Assembly (NCBI GenBank): GCA_012295275.1
Contig: CM022665.1
Location: forward strand, 21,762,001-21,826,000
DNA: 64,000 nucleotides
DNA from: Chrysomallon squamiferum
Taxonomy: Eukaryota > Animalia > Mollusca
Reading direction: 5' to 3'
The notes under the pieces are model-generated. The model was not told where the DNA came from, made no database searches, and saw only the letters and a list, made by a program, of their open reading frames with translations. Shown one piece after another: positions 12,880 to 25,530 of the stretch (within the stretch, counting starts at the first letter, position 1; every line of letters begins with the position of its first letter). The position numbers and the translations under genes are program-made.

Positions 12880-14680
12880 TCCTATGGTAAAATCTACAAT
12901 ACACAGGAATATGCTGCACATTCTCAAACATTTTGTGAATTTCCTATACATCTATGAGTCTGTTCGGTGATGATTTTACTAAGAAATCAAATAATAATAA
13001 TAATAATAAAATTAAAAAATTAAAAAATTAAAAAATAAGTTTTCACCAAATGTCACATAAGATAAACCTGTGAATGTTGGTGACTACTTAGCTGATTAAG
13101 GAATTTAATTTGTCAAAAATTATATCTGTTTCGTATTTTATTATATTATCTTTGTTCTAACGTTAGAAGAATAAATTCCAAGAATTGTTATTTATTTGAA
13201 TTTACAAACCTCGACTTGAAGATTTCTTAAATATTATTACTTAACAATAAGAGTATTATTTAGCAGATTTAAATTCAGTTATGTAAATTTATTTTACTTT
13301 ATTTTATTTTTTATTTTGTTCTTTTTGTTCTATTACTTTTTATAACAATTCTTTATTTTATGTTTTCAGTGCACAAGCTTTATTAAAAATTTTTCATAAG
13401 CCATTTTTATACAGATCTCATATAAAGTGCTTCATACAATTCTTATTCTAAAACACTTCATATAATTCTTATCCTATAAAACTGACATCTCAAAGGTTTC
13501 TCACAAATATGATTACTCATGTTAAGTTTCAGATTACATTTGTATAAGAAACATTTTGTACAAAACACACATTTCAGTGGTTTGTCACCAGTGTGAATTC
13601 ACATGTGAACTTTGGTTGTAAAACATCATAAAAGACATTTAATATAAATACCACAATGAAAAGATTTTTTCATCATTTTTAATAATCCTTCATAGAGTTG
13701 GTAATGGAAAATATCTTTTGTGACAAAAATTCAGTTTTCATTCAGAATAAAATCACAAAATGTCTGATGTTAATAAATGCTGGAAATAACAGTGTTCTTA
13801 AAAATGGAAACACAATCTTTAAAGGATTGTTGGAAAAAATTACAAATCTCACCAAAACTAAAAAATATGAAATGGAAAACAAAATAAAATAGGAAAAAAT
13901 ATGAAAATAAAAAAATTGAAAATGGGAAAAAAAATAAATAAATAAATAAATAAAAAAATAAATAAATAAATCAATCAAAATAAAATTATATAACTGAATT
14001 TACATGTACTAAATGATGCTGTTATTGCTAAGTGATAATTTTACAAAGATAATCTTCAAGATGTCATTTGTAAATTCAAATAACAAGCATTTCACTGAAT
14101 TTACTATTCTAAAATTAGAAAAAATATAATAAAAGAAAGTCATATAAAGAATTTCAGAGATAATTATTCACAAATTAAATTTTTAATCACAAAGTAGTGA
14201 CTAACATTCACAAGTATATTTTATGTGACATTTGGTGAAAACTGACTTTGTATACATGGCCAAAACACTTAAATCTGGGTGAGGGGGTCTCAGGGTTGAC
14301 TTCAGAAAGTAACCATAGACATAAACAAATTCATTCAGTGGGTATTGCTTTTATCAGAATAGAGATTTATATTTTATATTTTTTAAACAAAATGTTTGCC
14401 TAAAAATAAAAAAAAATAAAATTAAAATAAGACTAATAAATTGTCAGTTTTGGTATGAGACATTTGCCTCAGTGCCGTTATGACCATCATGTGTGTGTGT
14501 GTTTATATATATATAAATACACTCATATAATTATTTTTATTTTTATTTTTATTTTTTATTTTTTTTATTTTTTTTTGAGAAGAAAAATCTTTACCAAATA
14601 GACTGGTAGTTGTAAAGGAAATTCACAAAATGTTTGGAAACATTCAGCATATACCCGTGTATATTAATTTTGCCATAGGA
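12880..14680. repeat. Long diverged inverted repeat (arms ~12880-13300 and ~13980-14680)
   Basis: Exact 23-bp inverted match 13038-13060 / 14221-14243 (agttttcaccaaatgtcacataa); alignable by eye inward to ~13290/~13980 and outward at 12880-12970 / 14591-14680; right arm carries ~350 bp extra (14244-14590). Confidence 0.8.
13480..13680 (-). pseudogene. C2H2 zinc-finger array relic
   Basis: HM*IHTGDKPLKCVFCTKCFLYKCNLKLNMSNHICEKPLRCQFY; in-frame stop, decayed Cys/His. Confidence 0.7.
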
Positions 14681-17499
14681 TTGCGTAATGCCTGTATGAA
14701 GGATTATAAATAAATACATAAATAATGATGATGAAGTTAAAGAAAAAAATAATAATAATAAATAAATAATAATAATAATAAGAGGCATAAAATTCAATAT
14801 CCGCATATGAAAATAAATAATAATAATGACTATATAAAAATAACACAGACAGAAATATTTGGTCTAATTTGCCTGTCTTGTTTTTGTTGCCATTTGAGGA
14901 AGTGCGATGTAATGAAATAATACTGTTTTTTTACGATATTAGAGTGTGCGCTTCGTTTTGAAGGAAAAGTAATAGAGTACAAAGATGGCCAAGGGGGAGA
15001 TAAACCACGGAATTGCTATTAAGACCAGACACAGAATGTGTCTTGTGTAAATTATAGAAATGAATAGAAGGCAAGAAATAAATAAATAAGACATTGTTTG
15101 TAAATTGCAGTAAGAATTTTTTGCAAAACATAAAGACAGTTCGCTTGAAGTTAAATAGTGACGCGGGATTCTTTGTTTACTAGGCTATAGTCGTGTTGTT
15201 CTAGTAAAGCCTTTACTGTTTACATTTAACGATAACCGGCGTAGTAATTTTTATTATTACTTAAAAACAACATCAAACTAATTAAATAATTTTCAGTCAA
15301 ATGGAAATAAAGGTTAATATTTGCTCAATAATAAACATCGACTGCATAAACTAGTTCAGTGAAAACATTGTAAATCATAAATCGTTAAATGTAACTATTG
15401 ACATTGTTCTTAATCTTATTTACTATATTTAGTGACTGTTCTCTCATATTTAGCACTTCAGATCACTCACGTTTATCACTATTTCCATGTTTGTAGGAAC
15501 TGATGACATAATACTGTTTTAACCACTCACTGGTACATGTATATATGTTATATAAGTCACATTCGTCTAGTATTTATAAAACTAAATGATAAATTTGATA
15601 TAGCATTTGTAATATGATGACAGCATGTATAAAATATCAGAGAATTTACAATTAAAAACCTTTGCCCACAATGGATATCTGGTTATTTCATCACTGAAAA
15701 TAAAGCATAATGTTGTCAAGTTAACACATAATTATGATAATATGTATTTGCAGAACTTAAGATGAAACATCTTTCAGTTATCCCTAAGTTATTAAAATCC
15801 CAGATTTCACATACATTTAGTAATACATGTTTTACAATCTTGTCTGTTCATAAATTAAATTCTCAACATTTTTTTCAAATAGAAGAAACTTTGAAGTTCA
15901 ACTGAATGAATATTTCCTGGTTTTACAAAGGATCCAGACTTACATAAGACAAGTTCAAGGTATTTAACCTCAGTTACAATTTCTGTATTAAATAATTAAC
16001 AATGCAAGTAACTTGATGTACATTAACATCTGTTACTGACTGAATACCATTCCAACTTTCATATCTAAAATATTACTTCAAGATATTGTTTGTAAATTAA
16101 AGTGAGAAGTTTTCACACTATTCTGCTTCAATTTGAAACAAATTATTAAGACGGTTTTGAGTGTTATTTTTTGTTTAAGCTGTAAATTTATAATTGTTTT
16201 GTTACTGTGGGTTTTTAAATTTAATATTATATTTTGTTTTCTCTCTGTCATAAATGCTTTAGTTTAATGATATCAACAGTATTTTTTATTTAATTTAAAG
16301 AAACCATGACAGTACTAAAAGTTACTTAAATGACAATAAATATAAATAAAAAAAAGAGTTTTAAAAAATTGATGTGAGCAGTATTTATAAATGGAAGAGG
16401 GGCGAAATCTGTATAATGTTATTTATTAATCATGTTTAATCCGATTCTGTACATACATACACAATGCAACATATAATACTACTGACATCTAATGATAACC
16501 AGTTTCAGAGGCCATAAGACTCAGGAAGATACAACTGCTGTGTCAAGAATAACATTAAACAATAGTACACATAAAGGTAACATAATATCAGCAGTATGCT
16601 TAATATATTCATTAATATTAAAATCTTCTCCAACTGATTGATTACAATGGAGTCAGTTCACTGCTCTAGATCTTTCCCTGGTTGAAAAAGTTTTGTTCAA
16701 AATATCATTAGTAGTTTCTTGTCTTTGAGTGTGTAGTTCTTCTATTGATGTTACATGATAAGCCAAAGTTTCATCAATATTGTTATTAAGAGTTTTTTGA
16801 AAAAATTAAATAAAGAATCAATTGACACATCTAACTTTTGACTGTACCTGTTTATTGCTGTTCAGAATTGACCAGTACTCCTTTTTAATATTTTCATTTT
16901 TTATTTAATAGATAGCATTTGTTTATACTGATTCTCTTTATAACTGAACTCACCTTTCAGCACACTTCCACCACATTGTTTGTATCTTCTGGCTTTTCTG
17001 ATTTCCTTTCTTGCAGCTTTACAAGCTCTGTTAAACTAGGCCTTATTATAAGGATATGTTTTTATTGTATTATAGGTGGGTTTCTTCCAAAATATATTTT
17101 TAGTTGCAGTTATAAAGATAACATTTATATCAGAGACTGTATTATTTATAAATTCAGAGTCAACATCTGTTTCCTTGCAATTTTGTAATTTTTGTGGATA
17201 TTTCATTTAACAAGTCAAATACTTCTGCTTTTTATCATTACACAATTTCCCTGGGACTTCTTTAGAGTTTGATGAAGTATCAGTTACAGTATTCTCAGGA
17301 TTTATTTGTGTAAATATGTGGACATCTGATAACAAAGAAGAAAATGGCAGAATAGAAAAGTTTTCTGTTAGGGACAAGAATTTAACATTTGCAATGAAGT
17401 AATCTGCAACACTAGTGTCTTTACAAGTATATTCCCCCACATATCTATCTTCATCTACTGTCCCATTCATAATAAATTTAGAATAGAGAAACAACAGCC

Positions 17500-18250
17500 A
17501 TTGCTTCCTAGTCTATAAAGGTCAGATTATATAATGTTTTAAAGAAGTTAGTGGGGAGTAAGTGCTAGCAAAATAGATTAAGATGACTGCTTCCTATTGG
17601 GAGCTTTTGTTAGCATTAGGGACTGTATGGTCATGTGACATGACCATATATGGCAACTGCATGGTTTATTGCTTTCATTTTAATATGTCTCCTAAAAAGG
17701 GATAATTAAGATATTACATATTAAAGATGGGACAATAATGATATTTTACTTGTGGACTTTCATTTATTTTGAATATGCTAGTGCACAATTTATTAAATGT
17801 TTTGGCATAACTTTAAGTAACAGTGGTTACAATTTATAATAATTTAATGGGGTATGTATTAGTTTTCACATGGAAATATATTTAAAACTAAACACACCTG
17901 ATACATATTATTTCTGTTCAGATGGTGACACTGGTCCTGTGTTATATGTTTGTTGAATATATTTGTTTATAATTATTTTCTTTTTATCTAAACATTAGGG
18001 GTTTTTTGTATTGGTTTTATTTTAAGTTTTGCAACTATAGAATCATAATTGTTTGGTCTCCTTGGAGATGCCAGACTTACCATGTTGTAAATGTTAACAT
18101 TGCTATATCAGAAATTACCTAATATTAAAGCCCTTTAATTTTTAACCCTGTCTTGTATGTTTATTCCTTATATTATGTATATAATATTATATCAACCTAT
18201 ATCTACCTAAGAGATCCCCTTGCCTTGCTCCCCCCCGTTTCAGAAATATG
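17500..18250. mobile_element. Non-coding interspersed repeat inserted into the LINE endonuclease
   Basis: Splits the APE domain; second copy at ~38040-38520 (aaagaagttagtggggagtaagtgctagcaa...cctattgggagcttt...ggcataactttaagtaacagtggttacaatttataataatt). Confidence 0.7.
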
Positions 18251-18977
18251 TTATTATCAAGGAATCAAGGAGAATACAACCATAGTATTTTTCTTTTTAT
18301 CCATTGATGCTCATTGTTTTAATATATTTAACATCTCAAGTTCAAATAGATTATCACTATATTCTTTCTTTTTTTCTACTGTTAAAGACACCAGTAAGAC
18401 AGATTATGTTATACTTATTAACAAATGACAAATATTCATTTTCAAGCTGGTCAAAAGCATCAGATGATGAATAATATGAATTTTCTGGTGGAATATATAC
18501 AACACCAATTAAAATATTGTCTTTTGTGCGTAAAACCCTGCCTTCTATGCCTAGCCACAAAACATATGTACACTGTGATTCGATAACATTTATATGTTTT
18601 AGTAGATAATGTTTTATATATACAACAATATCCCCAAATTTACGATGAGATAAAGAAACTGTTTTTAGCATATACTTTATAGCCAAGAATTTTAATGTTA
18701 TCAGCATCATCTGTTTTTAATTCAGCTAAACATATATCACAATTAGTGACAGTTTCAAGAAATATAGGATCTCTGAGTTTATCAAACCACACACATTAAT
18801 CTCTGTTATTTCTAAACATAAAGGATTATTTCTTTATGATTTTTGTTTGGGGTATTTTTACAAATGAGAGAGTTTTCTGACATTTGCTCAACACTGTTTT
18901 CACTTGGTAAGACTTGTCCTCCTCCATTGTTGTATTGCACTGAGTGAACTGACTTGTCTCAGTCAGAGTTTAGTTTG

Positions 18978-19132
18978 TGTTGTGTGATCTCTGTTGTCTT
19001 GTTTCTGTTGGCTGAGTTGTTATGTTTCTGTTGTGTGATCTCTGTTGTCTTGTTTCTGTTGACTGAGTTGTTATGTTTTTGTTGTGTGATCTCTGTTGTC
19101 TTGTTTCTGTTGGCCAAGTTGTTATGTTTGTG
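18978..19132. repeat. 51-bp tandem repeat x3 in LINE ORF1 C-terminus
   Basis: tgttgtgtgatctctgttgtcttgtttctgttggctgagttgttatgtttc x3; 17-aa period (TETRQQRSHNKNITTQS) on the minus strand. Confidence 0.9.
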
Positions 19133-20099
19133 TTACTGGCTTCTGGCCCGTCCTCTCCCAGTGTAAACAGCCTGCCCTCGATATACAGTTTATCACCATT
19201 TAAGGTTGCTGTTTTCCCTTGCTGGTTTGTAATGAGGATATAGTAATTTTCTCCTGTCATTAATTTCTTTCTGGAATTGTTCATTAACCCCGTATGGTTT
19301 GTTTATCAGTGTTTCGGGTGCAGCTCTTCTCACAATTTCTCTTTCTTTCTATAAAATGAATTTAGCAACAATAGGCCTTATATATCTGTCGAACGTTCTC
19401 CCCAGTCATTCACTCTGTGAAAGTCCATATTATTTTCTACTTTCATTTAATTTTTTATAAACTTTTTCAATTCCTCTTCTGTGTCTTTTCTCTGGTATCC
19501 CACTGAAGATTAAATTGTCATGCATAAAGCAAGTTTGTAGGTCATTGTGATTTTCTCTTAAGTTTCCAAACTCAGTTTTCAATTCACATATTTGTTGTTT
19601 CATACTGTTATTATTTCTCATTTCACAGGTTGAAAACAGACACAACAAAAATTTAAATTTCCGAGATCTTTTTTTATTCCTTTCAAATTGTTTGTTAATG
19701 TAATTCATGTCTTGTAGTTTTTTCTTGATACCCATCATTTTACCACTGATGTCTTGTACAGTTATTTCCATACTATTCAGTCGTTTCTTGATCATGATGT
19801 ATATTTCCTGTCAATATTATTTAACTATATTAGAATATAATATTTATTTAAAATCATTGATTCTTGTAATAAACATGACAGATCAATAACATCTATAAAC
19901 TACAAGTGATAAGAAAACTATTTATAAAGAAGGTGTCATTGATAAATACAGAAATTGTAATGTACACTATTATCAGATTTTTGCAATTCTGGAAATATGA
20001 TTCATTACTACAGAGTTGTTGCATTCATTATTTAGTTGATAGATTATATTGATATTTTTGCTTCAGTATTATTTAACTGTATTAGAATATTTATTTAAA

Positions 20100-20520
20100 A
20101 ACATTGATTTTTGTAATAAATATGTGTAGTCATTTATATCTAGTGTTTTAACAAACAAATCTGACTGTCATAATTTCTCTTTTTTCAGAAAACTGTCTAA
20201 AGCTCAGTTTATTGAATTTTTCTTGGTATTTACGAAGGATCCAGATCTAATCAAAACAATTCCAAGGTATTTGACTACAGTAACAATTCCTGTTTCCGTA
20301 TTATTATATATCAGTCTTTAAAAAGTTGTACTAAAATTGCTTCTTGAAAAACAATAATCATATTTTTTGTCTTAGATGCATTACTTCCAGGTTTCCCAGT
20401 GTATTTCAAACCAACACAGTTAATGTTGTACATCATCTGCTGTTTCTTTTTATAGTACTGTATAAACATAAAATAAATAACTTCATGTACATTAGCATCT
20501 TTCACAAGAACTTTTTTCAC
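20100..20520 (-). mobile_element. Second LINE reverse-transcriptase C-terminal fragment
   Basis: SNASKTKNMIIVFQ and GIVTVVKYLGIVLIRSGSF; similar to the fragment at ~15885-15990. Confidence 0.6.
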
Positions 20521-20913
20521 TGATCTAATACCTTCACAATTTTTATAGCTAAAAATATTACTAATTATTTTATTAGAATGAAAATTAACAAAATGACGTT
20601 TTCTTTTTGCTTTGCTCTAAAATCAGAAGAAAACATATGTCGTTTGAAAAATGTGTTAAATTCTGTATAATTTATATTGTAAGTAAATAAAATCTGTTGC
20701 ACAAAATATGCTAACTTAAACATTTTATCTCCATTGGTTTAACTACTTATTTTTATTTTATATTTTCAGAAATAAATAAAAGGTAAGGATCAGAATTCAG
20801 AACTTTGATGAAAGTAAGAAAAATAATTCCATCAAATTGCAAATTAATGTGTTTTTTTAAAAATGAGAATATAAACATGGTGGGTCACACCGTTAAAGAA
20901 TATTCAGTATTTT

Positions 20914-21064
<151 letters not shown>

Positions 21065-22282
21065 GTATTCTTTAATTTTGTAGCATTTTATTACTGCTAT
21101 ACCAGCATGACTGTTGTGTCAACATATACTACTATCATACAAATATGACAAGTGGTTGATTGATGGCCATGTTTGGGGTTTTGGGGGGGTTTGACAGCTC
21201 TAGAAGAAAGTTGATTGTAAATGACTATTATTTTATATTTCATGATTCTGTGATTAATACTTATGGAGTCTTTATAAGCAACATTAATTTTCATATTAAC
21301 AATATGCAAAAGATAATTAAATTTTGTGAAATAAAAAAATAAAGGAAACCATGAAAAGTTTGTTCGGTTTAATTTTATGACACATTTTATTACTGCTGTA
21401 AAAGACTGAAGTGGCATCTAGTAAAACCACTGCAAATACTGCTACTGCTATAGCTGCTATCACTACTACATATATAATGACTGCTACTACCATTTCTGTG
21501 ACAACTACTACTATAGTTATTTACAACTATTCTTCCCATTACTACTACTAAAATTACAGCTCCTAAGTATATTTTATTATTACATACTTTTTTCTTTATT
21601 AAATGTATTGAGGAATATTTTAGGTTCTGAAACTACAGCAGAAACTTTGTTTTAAACATTTTCATATCCAAATTTTGTCATAAGGATGTAGAAAATTATA
21701 GCTGCATGGTTCTGTGTTATTTTATCATGACAGACTATAGAGGAAGTCCTTTTCATTCCATCTCCAAGAATCTGTGATCAGTATTTTTGCAGTCATTATA
21801 AAGAACATATATTTTTGATTATATTCTTATTATTGTTATCTTCATGATGAACAACATGAACAGTGTACAGACAGTAATAGTTTTTAACTGAACCTTTGCA
21901 GGATTTCAGATAATTATCACTAGTCATTAACAGTGATGACAACAACATGACTGAACCTGTCAGTTTTATATCCCACCAAATACGTGACCTTTCAGCTGTT
22001 TGATCACTTCTTTTAATTTAATATCTCTACAGTGACTATAGCCTGTGTATACTCTGGCAGAGAAAAGCTCAGATGGATATTGCTGATTCTGTGCCAGAGA
22101 TAGGTCTATATCATTTTTTTGGTTAATCTTTGTGAACTGTATTTTACATCATCATCACATTAAGTTCAAATAAATCTGATCTGGGGATTTTGTAGTAAAA
22201 TATAATTTATTAGTCATGATAACCTAATTTGATTTGGAAAGTTTGTAGTAAGATACAGTAGTAGTGTAATGTGACAAAACAT

Positions 22283-22410
22283 AAGTTCACAGAGAAATGA
22301 AGCCTTTTAAATGCAAAGTCTCTTTGAAATGATTTTCTTAAAATTTGGCTGGCCACTCATGGTAATGAACTATTCACAACTGATACAGATGAGAAGCCTT
22401 TTAAATGTCT
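22283..22410 (+). pseudogene. Highly decayed C2H2 zinc-finger relic
   Basis: VHREMKPFKCKV... and TDEKPFKC linkers with stops. Confidence 0.45.
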
Positions 22411-23793
22411 GAAACTAACTCCAGATTTTTTTATCGTGTAGAAAATATGTTGGGCTAAGCATTATAATGTAAGATCATTTGATTTTCAAGGACAAAAAGT
22501 TATCACTCTTCATATCGTCCACAGTAAAATATGTAATTTGTTTTAATCTTTATTAAATCCTTTTTGCAATACTCATTTGAGCAAAACTGACCAATTGGTT
22601 GCTGAGTTATGATCATTTGAATGTAGACAGTCAAACCTGTGTTTGTCAAAGTTTCCAAAGAGGGTTTTTCTTGGAAACAGCTTGTCTTATCATGCTAAAA
22701 GTGGAAATGTCTTCTTTAATGCTGCTTATCCTAAATATTAATTTTCACTAATAACAGAGAGATTGGACTTCCATTTTTCCAATACTTTTAGTGGCAACAC
22801 AGAATGACCCTATAAAGCGTGTCTCATTATAACTGTCTGCAGTATCTCGTGATGATGTTGTCTCCAATCACACATGCAGGATTCCTTCCTGACAATTCTA
22901 GACCAGCGTTACAGTGACATTAAATGTAAATGAAGAAATCCAAAGACAAAATTTGAAGTACTATACTGGACAATGGGAGTCATGTCCCATTTCAGTTTTT
23001 ACATTTTTATTTATTTATTTATTTATTTATCTACTGATTTGTTTGTTTTAATATAGCTTCACAGTGATTAATCCATTTCCCTAGAAATTGTCAAAATTGA
23101 GAATGACGCCCCAGGCATGTGTGCATGATGGATGTGCAAACTTATGGAATATTGGTTGATAAATAGATCTGAACATTCTTTACTGTAGTCAAAACATATG
23201 TTTTGTCTAATCACAGATATTAAAATTAATATTTCATCTATTTGTTATTGCAAGGTTATATTAAATATAATATAATATTATTATTGTTAATTTTACTTCT
23301 GTCTCTATAACTACCCCAAATTATTAAAAAAAATTATTTCATTTCATAATTAAAAACGAAAATATTTATGCCCCAATAATTACTTTTTGAAAAATAAATT
23401 GTGATAATTGCATAAGGGAAATATCAGGGTAAGCTAACTTATAACTGGACATTTTGTTTGGAGTTTTGTAGTATTTACGGCAATGTACGATTCCCATGGA
23501 TGATATAATGCCTCATTCTGGTGAATATTTGACACAAATTAGTCAGAACGTTCTTTACCCACACGATGTGTATGTCAGAACATTCCAACATTTACAGTTG
23601 GTGTCATAGTCACTGTAGAGAATTTAAATAAAGGAAGTAACCAAACAAATGCTATGTTTGTTATTTAGATGGCAGGTTATAAAACTGAACATTTCACACA
23701 TGATGTTGTCTTCACTGTTAATTAAATGAAATTCTGCAAAGGCTAAGTTAAAAACTATTACTATCTTAATTTGTTAGTGTTGTTTTTTGTGAC

Positions 23794-24437
23794 CAGGGCT
23801 GGATTAAGACCCTTAGAGGCCCTAAGCACTCAAAAATGTTGTAATTTGTAATTCAAAATATAAACAATAATAAACCATAAAATAAAATTTTATTTATTGA
23901 GAATTCAAAATTAAACAATGCTTGCAGTAAGAAGGAAAATAATATTTATTTCTGTATGTTTCCATTTTATTTATAGTTGAATAATGTTCTCCTACATTTT
24001 TTCCTTGCAAAGTCTTTGATCAGATCCTCATAACCAGTCTTACGTAACATATCTGCTTCTATACATAATAGAGATAAGGCATCCAGCCTGCCTTGTTGCA
24101 TAGCTGTTCTGAGGGGACAGTTGGCAACTAAACTAAGAGCTTAAGAACTACTACCCATCACTTGTGCTGTTTCAAACGCATACCAGACTTGTTTAAAACA
24201 AGTCTAACTTCCAATCTGCCAGCACAGTATAATTTATTTTGCAGGATAAACATGATGACACAGGAGAGAATGTTTCATAAACAGAACATATTGATCTTTC
24301 ATTAAATTTTGAAAATGGCTATGAATTTAATTAATTTAATAATTTAAATGCTAAATTCAGCTAGGAAAAATTTCTGAGGTGTCCCTTGATGACCTAAGCA
24401 CATGCTTATTTTGCTTATAGGATTAAATCCACCACTG
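23794..24437 (-). mobile_element. Non-autonomous hAT element (internally deleted) with 8-bp TSD
   Basis: TIRs cagggctggattaa / ttaaatccaccactg; flanks tttgtgac (23786-23793) and ttcgtgac (24438-24445); internal minus-strand hAT dimerisation remnant TAMQQGRLDALSLLCIEADMLRKTGYEDLIKDFARKKCRR (~23985-24110). Confidence 0.85.
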
Positions 24438-24802
24438 TTCGTGACTATAAAAATATTAGTTTATCATGACTATTAAAATACTAACTACGTAACCAAAAAG
24501 ATTTCATTTTCAAACTTATATTATATTTTGTTAATATTATACGTGTTTAGACTGTTTCGTCATAACACTAAAGGTTCGTTTTAGAAATATACTCTGATCT
24601 TTAAAATAAAATAAGAATGCAACATATCAGAAATAGGGAAGCAAAATTTGAATTTATCTTTTGGTAGATATAATATTACAGAATAAATGAGTTTCATTAC
24701 AAAGGAAGAATAAATGTAATGTAATGTAAATATTTAAAATTTAATGGGCAAAAAACAAGGAAGGGTTACCTCCTCCCCACCAGAATTACATCTAATAAAT
24801 AC

Positions 24803-24952
24803 CTCTTCAAAATACTGCTTCACAACACTTTCAGGCATTTGACCAGGTTTCTTTTCTTTTGGTTGAGGGGGGATAACTGTGAAAACTTCAGGATGAGCTT
24901 CGTCAGATTCTCCAGGGTAACGAACTGGTGTTTGTATTTCTGAAGCAGCCAT
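24803..24952 (-). pseudogene. Orphan near-identical duplicate of PhyH gene coding exon 1
   Basis: Two differences in 150 bp versus 31868-32017 (L>M and a synonymous Ala); shared flanks ~24770-25073 vs ~31838-32138; no downstream exons recognisable. Confidence 0.8.
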
Positions 24953-25272
24953 CTTGTTTAAATATGAACGTATTGAACCTGGGTTATGTTCTGAAATAAA
25001 TATTGAAAATAATTATTTATGTTTGATAAACAAAACTGATTAAAGTTATTTTATTTCAATTATCTATTTTATTCTATTTCATTTTATTTATTTTTTTAAT
25101 GTCTTTCTGTTATAAGATTTTAAAATCTATACATAAGTATTAATATTAGATCTAAAGTTTTTATTGTAAATTACTTTATTATTATTTTGATGTGTGTGTG
25201 TGTGTGTTCAAGTGTATGTTTGTGTGTGTGTTACTGAATCTGGTTGTGAAATAAAATATTTAAATGGTTTAA

Positions 25273-25315
<43 letters not shown>

Positions 25316-25491
25316 TAATATATGGAGACCATCCATTAAAAATGCCACTGTTCACATTATACTGCTCTGTTCAGTGCCCCTGACCTAAATTTCTATGCTT
25401 ATTTTCTAACATTACCAACATGAAAGTGGAGCAGTCAGTTCAATGTATTACAACACTAACAGATCACACACACACACATAAAATAAAAAAA

Positions 25492-25530
<39 letters not shown>

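Larger units (their letters stand above)
15650..19800 (-). mobile_element. Degenerate non-LTR retrotransposon (CR1/L2-like LINE): ORF1, APE endonuclease, RT remnants
   Basis: ORF1-like coiled coil + NLIFSGIPE (19430-19795) and ATLNGDKLYIEGRLF (18970-19284); APE motifs VLWL...ILIGVVYIPPENS...LTGVFNSR (18357-18710) and IMNG...GEYTC...SVADYFI...LLSDVH (17207-17494); RT C-terminal EIVTEVKYLELVL..SGSF (~15920-15990). Confidence 0.75.

Noticed and set aside
18978-19132. Regularly spaced repeats resembling a CRISPR array
   Set aside because: Units are contiguous with no unique spacers; eukaryotic context, no cas genes.
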